Assembly: GCA_034189385.1 (NCBI GenBank)
Contig: JAXHVD010000015.1
Span: forward strand, 1-64,000
Length of the DNA: 64,000 bases
Source: Thermodesulfobacteriota bacterium
GTDB lineage: Bacteria > Desulfobacterota > Desulfobacteria > Desulfobacterales > C00003060
Direction: 5' to 3'
Shown in pieces: positions 1 through 8,725 of the stretch. Within the stretch, counting starts at the first letter, position 1. Each line of letters begins with the position of its first letter. Below the pieces are notes generated by a model, which was not told where the DNA came from, did no database searches, and saw only the letters and a program-made list of their open reading frames with translations. Both the position numbers and the translations under genes were made by a program.

Positions 1-46
1 TGAGGTCTACTTCGCCCTTCCTCATCCGTTCAAGGAGGCTGCCTGA
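1..46 (+). CDS. 3' end of a probable IS3-family transposase (partial)
   Basis: Frame 2 reads EVYFALPHPFKEAA*, resembling the TP(D)EVY...EAA tail of IS3 OrfB proteins; an IR-like sequence follows. Confidence 0.5.
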   Translation, partial: EVYFALPHPFKEAA

Positions 47-121
47 GGCCTGGTTCTCTAACGCTGGCGGCTCAGAGCTTATTCTGCCTCTCAGGCTGTC
101 CAACTAATTGGGTCCATCGCC
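1..121 (+). mobile_element. Right end of a probable IS3-family element; IRR-like CTGTCCAACTAATTGGGTCCATCGC at ~96-120
   Basis: CTGTCC...GGGTCCA resembles IS3 right ends; it follows the transposase tail and is followed by a start-less membrane ORF. Confidence 0.45.
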
Positions 122-359
122 CCTCTTAGTCCTTTGGTTACTTTTCTTATTCTTCCCGAGCGCGCTTGATCGAATTCCCGTGATATTCCTAATGCTAGGT
201 TTCGTTGGAATAGTAGTCTTCTATTGCTGTGCTGCGGGATTCATACAGGGTTTAGGACAGGCTACTGGTGTTTCTGGCGTTCCGGCAAAAAGGATACTCA
301 CAGAGCTTTGCCAGGCGTTTTCGAAAAATCCAAAGACTTCAAATCGAACGAAACCATAA
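122..359 (+). pseudogene. 3' fragment of a membrane-protein gene, probably interrupted by the IS
   Basis: Hydrophobic reading frame (LLVLWLLFLFFP...) begins at the IS boundary; the ORF-track start at 108 lies inside the IR. Confidence 0.4.
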
Positions 360-495
360 CCACTTGCCGTAGCGAAGTGCCTGTGCCCTCGTTGCCTAGA
401 CTGTCAACGCTGTTGGCACCATTCCTTGATCTGATGTCGGCCTTCGTCCGTTTTTGGCGTTGCCAGGAGCAGTTAATGTTTGGGTTGAAAGAAGA

Positions 496-1233
496 ATGCA
501 AAAGATGATAGGTGAGAAGAAGCGATTATCAAAACTCCTTTTTGTTGCCATTCTTCCATTAGTGTCGCTACTTGCGTTTTTTGTCTCAATACAATTTCAT
601 CGAGGGGGTACTAGGGACGGCGGAAAAATTGCTGTAACCCACAAGAAAGAATCCGTCAGCTACGCGGATCTCCCCCTTCCCGTGTACGACCTAGAGACGT
701 TATCCCTTGCCAATAGGTTAGTCACCTGTTTCAACAAAGGCGACGCCGCCTGCATTTACGATATGCTCTCTCGTGAGTCTAAGATTCTGTATACAGGCCC
801 TGATGTTCTTAAACCGGCCTTAGAAGCCCTCAAGAACACCTTTGGGAACATCGACCGGCTGGAAAGGCTGAAGAGACCATCACCGGGTATGCCTCTCAAC
901 CATCCAGACAATCAGTTTCCATATCTGTACAGTAGAGTCGACGATTGGAAATGGCATATAGGTCAAGGGTAAACGGTCAGGATCTGGAAAGCACACTGCA
1001 AGAGGCAACATGCCGTCCTCTTTCTTGTTCTTTCGGGCGAGACTGGCACCTACGCTATAGAGAGGTTTGAACTAGGGACCGTAACTCCTGTCGACAATGG
1101 TGAAGCAGGGGAAACCCCGGCGTCGCTCATTGAAGAAGTCGTCACCCAGATGGGAGGCCAGACCAAAGCCCGGAAGGCAGAAGCCGAGACGGCATCATCG
1201 GAAGTCCTTGAAATCAATAGGGGAAATCAATAA
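496..1233 (+). pseudogene. Membrane-anchored hypothetical protein split by an in-frame TAA at 970-972
   Basis: N-terminal TM helix; after the TAA the same frame stays open for 86 codons to TAA 1231-1233, 2 nt before the next ATG. Confidence 0.6.
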
Positions 1234-1235
1234 AA

Positions 1236-1583
1236 ATGGGCATACAGCACCTCCTCGAACACACATCAAAGGGCCAGCTTCTTTTTCTCGGAGCCCTGGG
1301 TGCCTGTATTGGTGTCCTGTACTTCGCCTACCTTGTGTACGTCAGGTTCTCGGCTGAAGGCGGTGCCACTTTTGCCGATGTGCTTCGTACGATCTATAAG
1401 GTAGCTGCCGATAGTCCAGGTATTTCGGCCCTCCTTCTCACTGCGGGAACTGTTTTCTTGGGTGTGATGGTTTACGATCTGTTGGAAAAACTTTCCGAAC
1501 TGGTCTTTGTTGTTGCACTAGGCGTTTTTTTGTTCTGGTATTATGTGATGCTCTTTTGTAAGAGAAATAGGGGCCGGGACTAG
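1236..1583 (+). CDS. Hypothetical membrane protein (~3 TM)
   Basis: 115-aa ORF with three hydrophobic stretches, tightly packed in a co-directional array. Confidence 0.6.
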   Translation: MGIQHLLEHTSKGQLLFLGALGACIGVLYFAYLVYVRFSAEGGATFADVLRTIYKVAADSPGISALLLTAGTVFLGVMVYDLLEKLSELVFVVALGVFLFWYYVMLFCKRNRGRD

Positions 1584-1599
1584 TATGGGCCCTTAACAT

Positions 1600-2301
1600 A
1601 TGACAGCAACTGCAAATAGGACATACTATAGGAATGCTAGATACTTTTGGCGCATCATATCGATTGCTGCATTGGGCTTGTCCTTTCTTTCCTTCCCATG
1701 CCTGAGATTCTTTGGTTTCGTTCCATTCTTCCGCGGTTTCGGCCTATTTCTATTCTATAGTGCCTGCTATGTGGCACTTGCTGGACTTGCCTCACTCTGT
1801 CTTTTCCGGGTTCGTATCGCTGAAATAGGCGATTTGCAGAGATCTTTGACGTTATATCTTGGCATAGTGGGCTTTCGCAAACACCTCACACTAGGGCTTG
1901 ATCAGATAGAGCTTGTTGCTGTGACGAGGCGACCTATAGAGTACGTGATACCTGCTGGCGGTTTCTACTGGGGGCCGACACAATCCTGGGAAAAAGTCCT
2001 TCTGTTTCGCCTGAAAACCAATTTGCATCCGAGTGACTTGAGAAAGCTGGTTAAAATGGAACGAAACCCTTGCTATGGCATAGGTTTGAGTCGCGAAGCC
2101 AGAGAACTGTGGCTACGATGTTTTCCTAAACCGAAATATGGACAGCTTCTATCTGATCTCCCAGTGTATGGCGTATCCGTAGATCCGAAATCAATACCAC
2201 CAGTAAGATCGTGCCTTTTCAGAATATCGGTATTGCTTTTTGACCTCGTCTTGTTCTGCGTCCTTGTCTTCTGGGGCTATTATTTCGTTACCTCAGTTTA
2301 A
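1600..2301 (+). CDS. Hypothetical membrane protein
   Basis: 233-aa ORF with two N-terminal and one C-terminal hydrophobic segment. Confidence 0.6.
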   Translation: MTATANRTYYRNARYFWRIISIAALGLSFLSFPCLRFFGFVPFFRGFGLFLFYSACYVALAGLASLCLFRVRIAEIGDLQRSLTLYLGIVGFRKHLTLGLDQIELVAVTRRPIEYVIPAGGFYWGPTQSWEKVLLFRLKTNLHPSDLRKLVKMERNPCYGIGLSREARELWLRCFPKPKYGQLLSDLPVYGVSVDPKSIPPVRSCLFRISVLLFDLVLFCVLVFWGYYFVTSV

Positions 2302-2329
2302 GCAAAGCAGGTGAATTCCACTTCAAAGG

Positions 2330-2428
2330 GAAAAGCCCAGGGTCGCCCATTAAAGGAGTCGTCAAAAGGAAAAATATCCCCTTATGGCAAAAGAACTATC
2401 TCTTTGCTCCTTGACGAATAACTCTCGC
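2330..2428 (+). repeat. 99-bp direct repeat, copy 1 (upstream of vapBC)
   Basis: Aligns without gaps to 3228-3326 (16 mismatches by hand count); internal CGTCAA...TTGACG inverted repeat. Confidence 0.9.
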
Positions 2429-2474
2429 TTTCAACTTGGATTCATCCTTTCCTTATTGCCTTTCCCCAAGGCAA

Positions 2475-2516
2475 ATGATGCCTTGACATCATTTCAATTG
2501 ATGATATGATGGCTTC
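2475..2516 (+). promoter_or_regulatory. Sigma70-type vapBC promoter with operator palindromes; probably leaderless
   Basis: TTGACA (2483-2488), 16 nt, TATGAT (2505-2510), 6 nt before the ATG; ATGATG/CATCAT and CATCA/TGATG inverted repeats overlap it. Confidence 0.7.
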
Positions 2517-2762
2517 ATGAGAACCACGCTGTCAATAGACGATGATGTGATGGAGAGGGCACGGGCCATTGCGTCCAAATCGGGCACACCCTTTAAGACG
2601 ATTGTCAACGAAGCTCTTCGCGCCGGCCTTGACCAGGTAGAACAACCCACCAAACAACGGCCTTACAAAACCGAACCTCACGCCATGGGCCTCCGACCTG
2701 GCCGTAGTCTGGATAACATCCAGGAACTCCTGGCCCAAATTGAAGGCGAGGCCTCCCGTTGA
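2517..2762 (+). CDS. vapB: VapB-type ribbon-helix-helix antitoxin
   Basis: MRTTLSIDDDV...VNEALRAGL signature; overlaps the start of a PIN toxin. Confidence 0.85.
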   Translation: MRTTLSIDDDVMERARAIASKSGTPFKTIVNEALRAGLDQVEQPTKQRPYKTEPHAMGLRPGRSLDNIQELLAQIEGEASR

Positions 2763-3202
2763 TTCTAGTAGATGCCAACATTCTTCTGTATGCGGAAGAC
2801 TCACTTCACCCCTACAACCAGCAAGCGCGCTTGTGGTGGGACGACCAGCTATCGGGGACTGGGGTTGTCTGTCTGTGCTGGACAGTTCTGTCCTCATTCA
2901 TTCGAATAGGCACGAATCCACGGGTCTTCGAAAACCCACTCTCTCTCGAACAGTCACTTGATCGTGTGCAGAGCTGGTTGGAGCAACCATGTACAAGGGT
3001 CGTTCGGCCGACCGAGAGACATTGGACCGTTTTTCGGCAGATGCTTCTGGGTGGTCAGGCTATCGCCAATCTGGTCCCAGACGCACATTTGGCGGCTCTT
3101 GCCGTTGAACATGGTTGCCAACTCGTTTCCGCAGATTCTGACTTTGCCCGTTTTCCAAAACTGAAGTGGCACAACCCCCTCAGCCCCCACCTGACGATAT
3201 AG
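2759..3202 (+). CDS. vapC: VapC PIN-domain ribonuclease toxin
   Basis: ILVDANILLYA, DAHLAALAVEHG and SADSDFARF PIN motifs. Confidence 0.92.
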   Translation: MILVDANILLYAEDSLHPYNQQARLWWDDQLSGTGVVCLCWTVLSSFIRIGTNPRVFENPLSLEQSLDRVQSWLEQPCTRVVRPTERHWTVFRQMLLGGQAIANLVPDAHLAALAVEHGCQLVSADSDFARFPKLKWHNPLSPHLTI

Positions 3203-3227
3203 CCAAATGGAGACCCGGGGCCCGGGA

Positions 3228-3326
3228 GAAAAGCACAGGGTTGCCCATTAAAGGAAGCGTCAAGAAAAACCACACCCCCTTATAGCCACAGAACTACCTC
3301 TTTGCTCCTTGACGAATAACTCGCGC
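3228..3326 (+). repeat. 99-bp direct repeat, copy 2 (downstream of vapBC)
   Basis: Matches 2330-2428; identical core CTCTTTGCTCCTTGACGAATAACTC. Confidence 0.9.
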
Positions 3327-3598
3327 CCAGTATTTCACCCTATATCTCTCGCAGAGCCCAGGGAGAACAGAGTTTTCGTTTCCTCTGGGATTACTTCCCC
3401 TAATTAGCTTGGACCTGCCCTAATTGGCTCCCGGCACCATAGTATAGCTCTGATACCGTGATAGACCGGTGTCTCCAAAAAGGCTTGACCTTCTCCCTGT
3501 GCCAGAGATATGTGACATCTATCACCGGTGTTGGTGAATCTGACCTTGCTTTCTCTTTTCAACGACTCCTTGGCGCTTCGGCCAAAAGGAAGGGGCTT

Positions 3599-3790
3599 AT
3601 GGAAAAAGAAACTGCACCAAGACGGAAACCGGATCCTAAAAAAATGGAGGCTTTAAGGAGCCTGCCGATAGAAGTCAAGCAATCCCTGACCAAAGAGGAG
3701 GCCGATGCATTTCTCTATGACGATGTGTGGCCCGACTCTCTTATAGAAAAGCTTAAAGACTACATGGTAGACCAAGAAAAAGGGTCATGA
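3599..3790 (+). CDS. Small hypothetical protein (63 aa, MEKETAPRRK...)
   Basis: ATG 3599 follows purine-rich AGGAAGGGG; charged, protein-like composition. Confidence 0.65.
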   Translation: MEKETAPRRKPDPKKMEALRSLPIEVKQSLTKEEADAFLYDDVWPDSLIEKLKDYMVDQEKGS

Positions 3791-4149
3791 GCTTCTTTGA
3801 GAGCCCGGGGGGGGGTGCACAGCCCCTACTGGCCCTTGGTTGCCCACCACGAGGTGTCTTTCACAAGACACCCTTCACCGTCACTCTCTCTTCTGCGCCA
3901 AGATGACCCTTTCCCACTGGACCTGACAAATAGGACTCAAAGGCCGGCCAGGGGCAGGGACCTCTTCCGGCACTGCATTTTCACCTGACTTGTGGAATAT
4001 CCCAGTAAAATGGCGACGGCTTGGTCCTCTCTCTTCCAGACCAGACTGGCTAGAAAAATTCTTTGAGATGGCCCTAATAGCCAACGGCTTCAAGGGGTTG
4101 GGGGCTTCAGCCCTAAAAGCACCACCACCTGTACGCCAGCTAGATTTAT

Positions 4150-4165
4150 CGGCATGTATCTTGCT
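4150..4165 (+). promoter_or_regulatory. Sigma54 (-24/-12) promoter candidate
   Basis: CGGCATGTATCTTGCT is GG-N10-GC with TTGC, close to TGGCACG-N4-TTGCW; oriented toward the 4300 ORF. Confidence 0.6.
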
Positions 4166-4299
4166 TCTCTTCACTGTAGCGTTGTCGAGCCCACCAGCCC
4201 CAGAACAAAGACTAAAGGCTGGGGTCACAGGGCCGATAGAACTGTTTAGAGGGTGCGAACAACAGTTTCGCCCTTCCAAACCGGGAGAGGAGAGGACAT

Positions 4300-4611
4300 A
4301 TGGCCACGCTGGATCAAACAAGGGAGATCAAAACGCTCTACGCAGGGGTCTTCAAGGTACCTATACACGACGGCTTTTTTGAGACCTTCCTGTGTGGGTT
4401 TTCTGAAACTGGGCAGAACGTGGTAGCTCAAGCCACCGTGGAACATGAAGCCAGGGCCCTTCCATCCTTGGTGAGGCTGTGCAAACAAATCGAGTCAGAC
4501 AAAGGGCTGTCATGGCGGCTTCTGAAGTTTGACGAAGAAGGCGTGGAAGAATTGGATAAATCCCTCTATGAAGAATACTTGGACTGGATGGATACGAGGC
4601 CCCTCATGTAA
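4300..4611 (+). CDS. Hypothetical protein (103 aa)
   Basis: Strong RBS (GGAGAGGAGAGG) and ATG; no family recognised. Confidence 0.7.
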   Translation: MATLDQTREIKTLYAGVFKVPIHDGFFETFLCGFSETGQNVVAQATVEHEARALPSLVRLCKQIESDKGLSWRLLKFDEEGVEELDKSLYEEYLDWMDTRPLM

Positions 4612-4680
4612 TAAGTCTCGTCAAAACAAGGCGTCTTTTTTGCCCTTAATAAAAGGCTTTTCCGTCCATTATTTTAACCA

Positions 4681-6261
4681 TTACTTTAAGGCTACGGTCT
4701 CGCCGGCCCTAGGTGCAAAGGCCCTGTAGCCCCTTTTTTCAAGGTGTTGGCAAAAGGCCAGCGACTGATCTTCTTCGCCGTGAACCACGGCAATTCTCTT
4801 GATACTCAGGTTTGATTGCTTCAACCAGTGTAGCATCTCCTTTCTGTCTCCGTGGGCACTGAGGCCGCCCAGAGTAACGACACGGGCCTTTAGCGGATAC
4901 TCTTTGTTGAGAAACCTTAACAAGGGCGGGGAAGCTCTGCCACCGGACTCTTGATAGGCCAAGCCCTGTTCAACGATCCGTCGGCCAAGGGTATTCTGTG
5001 CCATAAAACCCACTATCAAAATGGTAGTCCTGGGATTGTGGATTTTGTACCGCAGGTGGTGCAGGATGCGTCCAGCTTCACACATACCAGATGCAGCGAT
5101 GACGATATGAGGGCTTTCGTCACGATTCAAATCCATGGATTCTTCAACGGATTGGACAAAGTGGATCCCCCGAAAGGAAAAGGGGTTCTGGCCCTGCTGT
5201 AGAAAGTTTGCATGGGTTTCCTGATCGTAAAGTTCAGGGTGTTCTCCGAATACGCGCGTGATGTTCATGGCCAGCGGGCTGTCTACGAAGATAGGAACGT
5301 GAGGCACTTCGTTTTCATTGTAGAGCTCATGGAGCAAGTATATAATTTCCTGCGTCCGTCCGAATGCAAAGGAGGGGATCAGTAAGGTGCCACCGCGGTT
5401 GTAGGTATCCACGAGAACCTTTTTCATGTGGGGCTTCAGGTCTGCTACCGGTCCATGGAGACGATTGCCATAAGTACTTTCCATGATAAGCAGATCCACA
5501 TTTCGGTCTGCCTCTTTAAAGTCCAGTGTGGGATCCTTGATGATGGGTTTCTCAAATCGGCCAATGTCCCCTGTATATCCAATAGTGTAGGGCCTGCCAT
5601 TTTCCTGGGCCCTGACAATGGTAATGGCAGAGCCGAGAATATGGCCCGCATCGTAGAGCGTACATGTTACATTCGTCCCAATGGTGATTTCATGGCCATA
5701 GGGATAGCCGTCAAAACAGGTCAGGGCATGGCGAGCGTCTTCCGACGTATAGAGGGGCTGGACACCCTCCAGGCCGTAACGCCGGATCAACTCGTTAATA
5801 GTCTCTGTGTTCAGTTCGTGGCGGCCCTTTTTCAGGAACTGCTTGATCTTTTTCATGCCCCCTTTTGATATCCTCTTTGCACGCCTCGTCTTTCTCATCT
5901 CGGCCAGGGTTGACCTCACAGCCTTATAATTCAGATATCCAGCATCTGATTCTTGGATATGGGCGCAGTCGGGCAAGAGGTATTCACAAGCTGCGGCAGT
6001 GGCCCGCGTGCAGATGACGCGTCCACTAAAATTCCCTTTGGTCAGCAGTGGGATACGTCCGGAATGATCAATGTGGGCATGGGACAGGACCAGATTCGTG
6101 ATAATCTGCGGATCAAATGGGAGGACCCTGTTCTTCTCCGCACTTTCCCTGCGCCGCCCCTGGAACATCCCGCAGTCCAGGAGGATTCTGTCGTTTTCCG
6201 TTGTCAATAGATGCATGGACCCAGTCACTTCCCGTGCGGCCCCACAAAATGTCACCTCCAT
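4681..6261 (-). CDS. MBL-fold beta-CASP metallo-hydrolase (RNA-processing, YSH1/CPSF-like)
   Basis: GAAREVTGS, SHAHIDHSG, AGHILGS, ESTYG, GRTQE, ASGMCEAGR, LSAHGD and VHGE motifs; start placed at MEVTF after AGGAGG. Confidence 0.93.
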   Translation of the reverse strand: MEVTFCGAAREVTGSMHLLTTENDRILLDCGMFQGRRRESAEKNRVLPFDPQIITNLVLSHAHIDHSGRIPLLTKGNFSGRVICTRATAAACEYLLPDCAHIQESDAGYLNYKAVRSTLAEMRKTRRAKRISKGGMKKIKQFLKKGRHELNTETINELIRRYGLEGVQPLYTSEDARHALTCFDGYPYGHEITIGTNVTCTLYDAGHILGSAITIVRAQENGRPYTIGYTGDIGRFEKPIIKDPTLDFKEADRNVDLLIMESTYGNRLHGPVADLKPHMKKVLVDTYNRGGTLLIPSFAFGRTQEIIYLLHELYNENEVPHVPIFVDSPLAMNITRVFGEHPELYDQETHANFLQQGQNPFSFRGIHFVQSVEESMDLNRDESPHIVIAASGMCEAGRILHHLRYKIHNPRTTILIVGFMAQNTLGRRIVEQGLAYQESGGRASPPLLRFLNKEYPLKARVVTLGGLSAHGDRKEMLHWLKQSNLSIKRIAVVHGEEDQSLAFCQHLEKRGYRAFAPRAGETVALK

Positions 6262-6606
6262 AGAAAGCCTCCTCGTGGATACATCATCACCGTGGGTTCG
6301 CATGTCCCAGGGGGGTGGGTTTCCTGCCTGCGATGACATTGCCCACCCCACAAGGGGGTCCGAATCCGATGGTCAAACATGGTCACCTGCCGAACTAGGC
6401 TGATACCTTTGTCTAAGAGCCCTTGAGCGTTTTGGGGACTCTCTCTTATAAAGGACCCGGGTCTTTGTTGCAACACTGGATTGAGCCGCCCCTGCCCTTT
6501 GGGCTGCCATTTCAAAACACTCCAAGTCCTTTTTTCCCTCCGCCACGGCGGACTCAATGTCCTTCGCAAAAGACTTTTGATGAAACCGTCAGAAGAGATG
6601 ATACAC

Positions 6607-6641
6607 AAAAAAAGGGGCCGCAAAGGACCCCCATTTTTTTT
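6607..6641 (-). terminator. Intrinsic terminator of the small peptide gene
   Basis: On the minus strand, a GGGGTC/GGCCCC stem then T7, ~15 nt after the stop; A/T tracts on both sides. Confidence 0.75.
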
Positions 6642-6656
6642 GAGTGATACTTCTGA

Positions 6657-6854
6657 TTACCACCAGAAGCCGCCCCACCCAAAGGACGTGGAGCTGCGAT
6701 GAAAGCCATAGCCCCCAAATGGGCCGAACCCAAAGGCGCTCATGCTCTGATGATTAAAATACCCCCAACCCCAAAAACCCCCTACCAACTTGTCCATTGC
6801 CTTTCTGTCCATCTCCTCGTTGATTTCCAGATCTTTGATTACTAAGTTTGCCAT
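6657..6854 (-). CDS. Double-glycine-leader peptide precursor (26-aa leader, 39-aa Gly/aromatic core)
   Basis: Leader MANLVIKDLEINEEMDRKAMDKLVGG; own RBS (AGGAG), sigma54 promoter and terminator. Confidence 0.8.
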   Translation of the reverse strand: MANLVIKDLEINEEMDRKAMDKLVGGFWGWGYFNHQSMSAFGFGPFGGYGFHRSSTSFGWGGFWW

Positions 6855-6908
6855 TTTTCCTTCTCCTTTCTTCTTTTGTTTTATTGCGTCTTTTTGTTTT
6901 TCTGTATT

Positions 6909-6925
6909 TGCATTGCCCGTGCCAA
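6909..6925 (-). promoter_or_regulatory. Sigma54 promoter of the peptide gene
   Basis: Minus strand TTGGCACGGGCAATGCA is GG-N10-GC, with one mismatch to YTGGCACG-N4-TTGCW. Confidence 0.75.
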
Positions 6926-7254
6926 GCCAAAAGCCACAACCCAGGTAAAAGACCTCAACTTTATGAAATACTTAGATCTTTCAATCTTCCCCTCCCTCTC
7001 TGACAGGCTCAAGGGGCCCTTGGTTGCAAACGACTAGGTGTTTTTCACACAACACTTTCAACCGTTGGTGTTTCCCTCGCGCCAACACTGTCCTTGGAAG
7101 ATGACCATGTCACTGGGCGCAGTTGACAGCGTTGTCATGTCACATTTAAAGCTTGACGCCGCCGCCCTGATAGGCCATATGGTTCTGGCGTGGCTGGCGA
7201 GGAGGCATCCTCATTGCAAGTGAAGGTACTCTGGTAAGAAGGGCGAGGTGAATC

Positions 7255-8655
7255 ATGGGTTGGCTGAAGATTAGACAGGCGTTTGAAGCTCCTTTGGGCA
7301 GTGATCTCACCATAAAGGGCTGGGTCAGGACCCGCAGGGATTCAAAGGCTGATGGAGGGCTCTCCTTTATTGCCGTCTCAGACGGGACCTGTTTTGACAA
7401 CATGCAAGTCGTCGCTCCGGGGTCTCTATCCAACTACGCAGACGACATCTTGAAGATCACCACGGGCTGCTCCGTGGAAGTCAAGGGAACGCTCGTTGAG
7501 TCAAAGGGCAAGGGACAGAAGGTGGAAATCGTGGCCAACGAAGTCAGGGTCTTGGGTTGGGTAGAGGATCCGGACACCTATCCGGTCAGCGCCAAGCGCC
7601 ACAGCTTTGAGTATCTTCGCGAGGTGGCCCATCTCCGGTCGCGGACGAACACCTTTGCAGCGGTAGCCAGGGTTCGGCACTGCCTATCGCAGGCCATGCA
7701 TCGTTTTTTTGACGAACGGGATTTCTATTACGTTCACACCCCCATCATTACCGCCAATGACTGTGAGGGCGCTGGCGAACTGTTCAGGGTGAGCACCCTG
7801 GATCTGCTAAATCTCCCTCAAAAGCCCACTGGAGAAGTGGATTTTGAAAGGGACTTCTTCGGCCGCGAGGCTTATCTCACGGTGTCCGGTCAACTCAGCG
7901 TGGAGACCTATTGCTGTGCCTTGAGCAGGGTTTACACCTTTGGGCCTACTTTTCGTGCGGAAAACAGCAATACAAGCCGGCATCTTTCCGAATTTTGGAT
8001 GATCGAGCCAGAACTGGCCTTTGCGGATCTTGACGACGATGCTCACCTCGCAGAGGCGTTCCTCAAATACTTGTTCGACGATCTGTTGACCAGGCGTGCA
8101 GATGACATGGCCTTTTTTGATCTTCGCATTGACAAGGGGGTCATTAAACGCCTCCAGAACGTCATCAAGGAGCCTTTTTTGCACATTACTTATACAGAGG
8201 CTGTGGAGATTCTGAAGAAGGCCAAGAAAAAATTTGAGTTCCCCGTTGACTGGGGAGCCAACCTCCAAAGCGAGCACGAGCGCTACCTTACAGAGGAGCA
8301 TTTCAAGCAGCCCGTTGTCGTCAGGGACTATCCCAAGAAGATCAAAGCCTTCTACATGCGCGACAATAACGACGGAAAAACCGTTGCCGCCATGGACGTG
8401 CTAGTGCCAAAGATCGGAGAAATCATTGGCGGATCCCAGCGCGAAGAACGTCTGGACGTCTTGGACGAGCGTATCGCAGAAATGGGCCTGAACGTGGAAG
8501 ACTACTGGTGGTATAGGGATCTCAGGCGCTACGGCACCGTGCCTCACGCCGGTTTCGGATTGGGGTTTGAACGTCTGGTTCAGTTCTGCACGGGCGTGGC
8601 CAATATCCGCGACGCCATTCCTTTTCCTCGGGCTCCCAGGCAAGCGGAGTTCTAG
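7255..8655 (+). CDS. asnS: Asparagine--tRNA ligase
   Basis: OB anticodon domain, [19 protein letters not shown] and GFGLGFERL class IIb motifs. Confidence 0.97.
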   Translation: MGWLKIRQAFEAPLGSDLTIKGWVRTRRDSKADGGLSFIAVSDGTCFDNMQVVAPGSLSNYADDILKITTGCSVEVKGTLVESKGKGQKVEIVANEVRVLGWVEDPDTYPVSAKRHSFEYLREVAHLRSRTNTFAAVARVRHCLSQAMHRFFDERDFYYVHTPIITANDCEGAGELFRVSTLDLLNLPQKPTGEVDFERDFFGREAYLTVSGQLSVETYCCALSRVYTFGPTFRAENSNTSRHLSEFWMIEPELAFADLDDDAHLAEAFLKYLFDDLLTRRADDMAFFDLRIDKGVIKRLQNVIKEPFLHITYTEAVEILKKAKKKFEFPVDWGANLQSEHERYLTEEHFKQPVVVRDYPKKIKAFYMRDNNDGKTVAAMDVLVPKIGEIIGGSQREERLDVLDERIAEMGLNVEDYWWYRDLRRYGTVPHAGFGLGFERLVQFCTGVANIRDAIPFPRAPRQAEF

Positions 8656-8725
8656 CAGGCTGTGGGAAAGGACCGTCCAGGCGAAGCAGCTGACGGCTTC
8701 TAATCCCACAGGTTACACCGACCCG

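Noticed and set aside
47..2330. Integron cassette array
   Set aside because: No RYYYAAC...GTTRRRY attC folds found; gaps of 2 and 16 bp between ORFs are too short to hold attC sites.
3788..3830. TGA of the 63-aa ORF and the following G9 run as Sec recoding or phase variation
   Set aside because: No Cys or redox context and no convincing SECIS; the G-run is outside any supported CDS or promoter.
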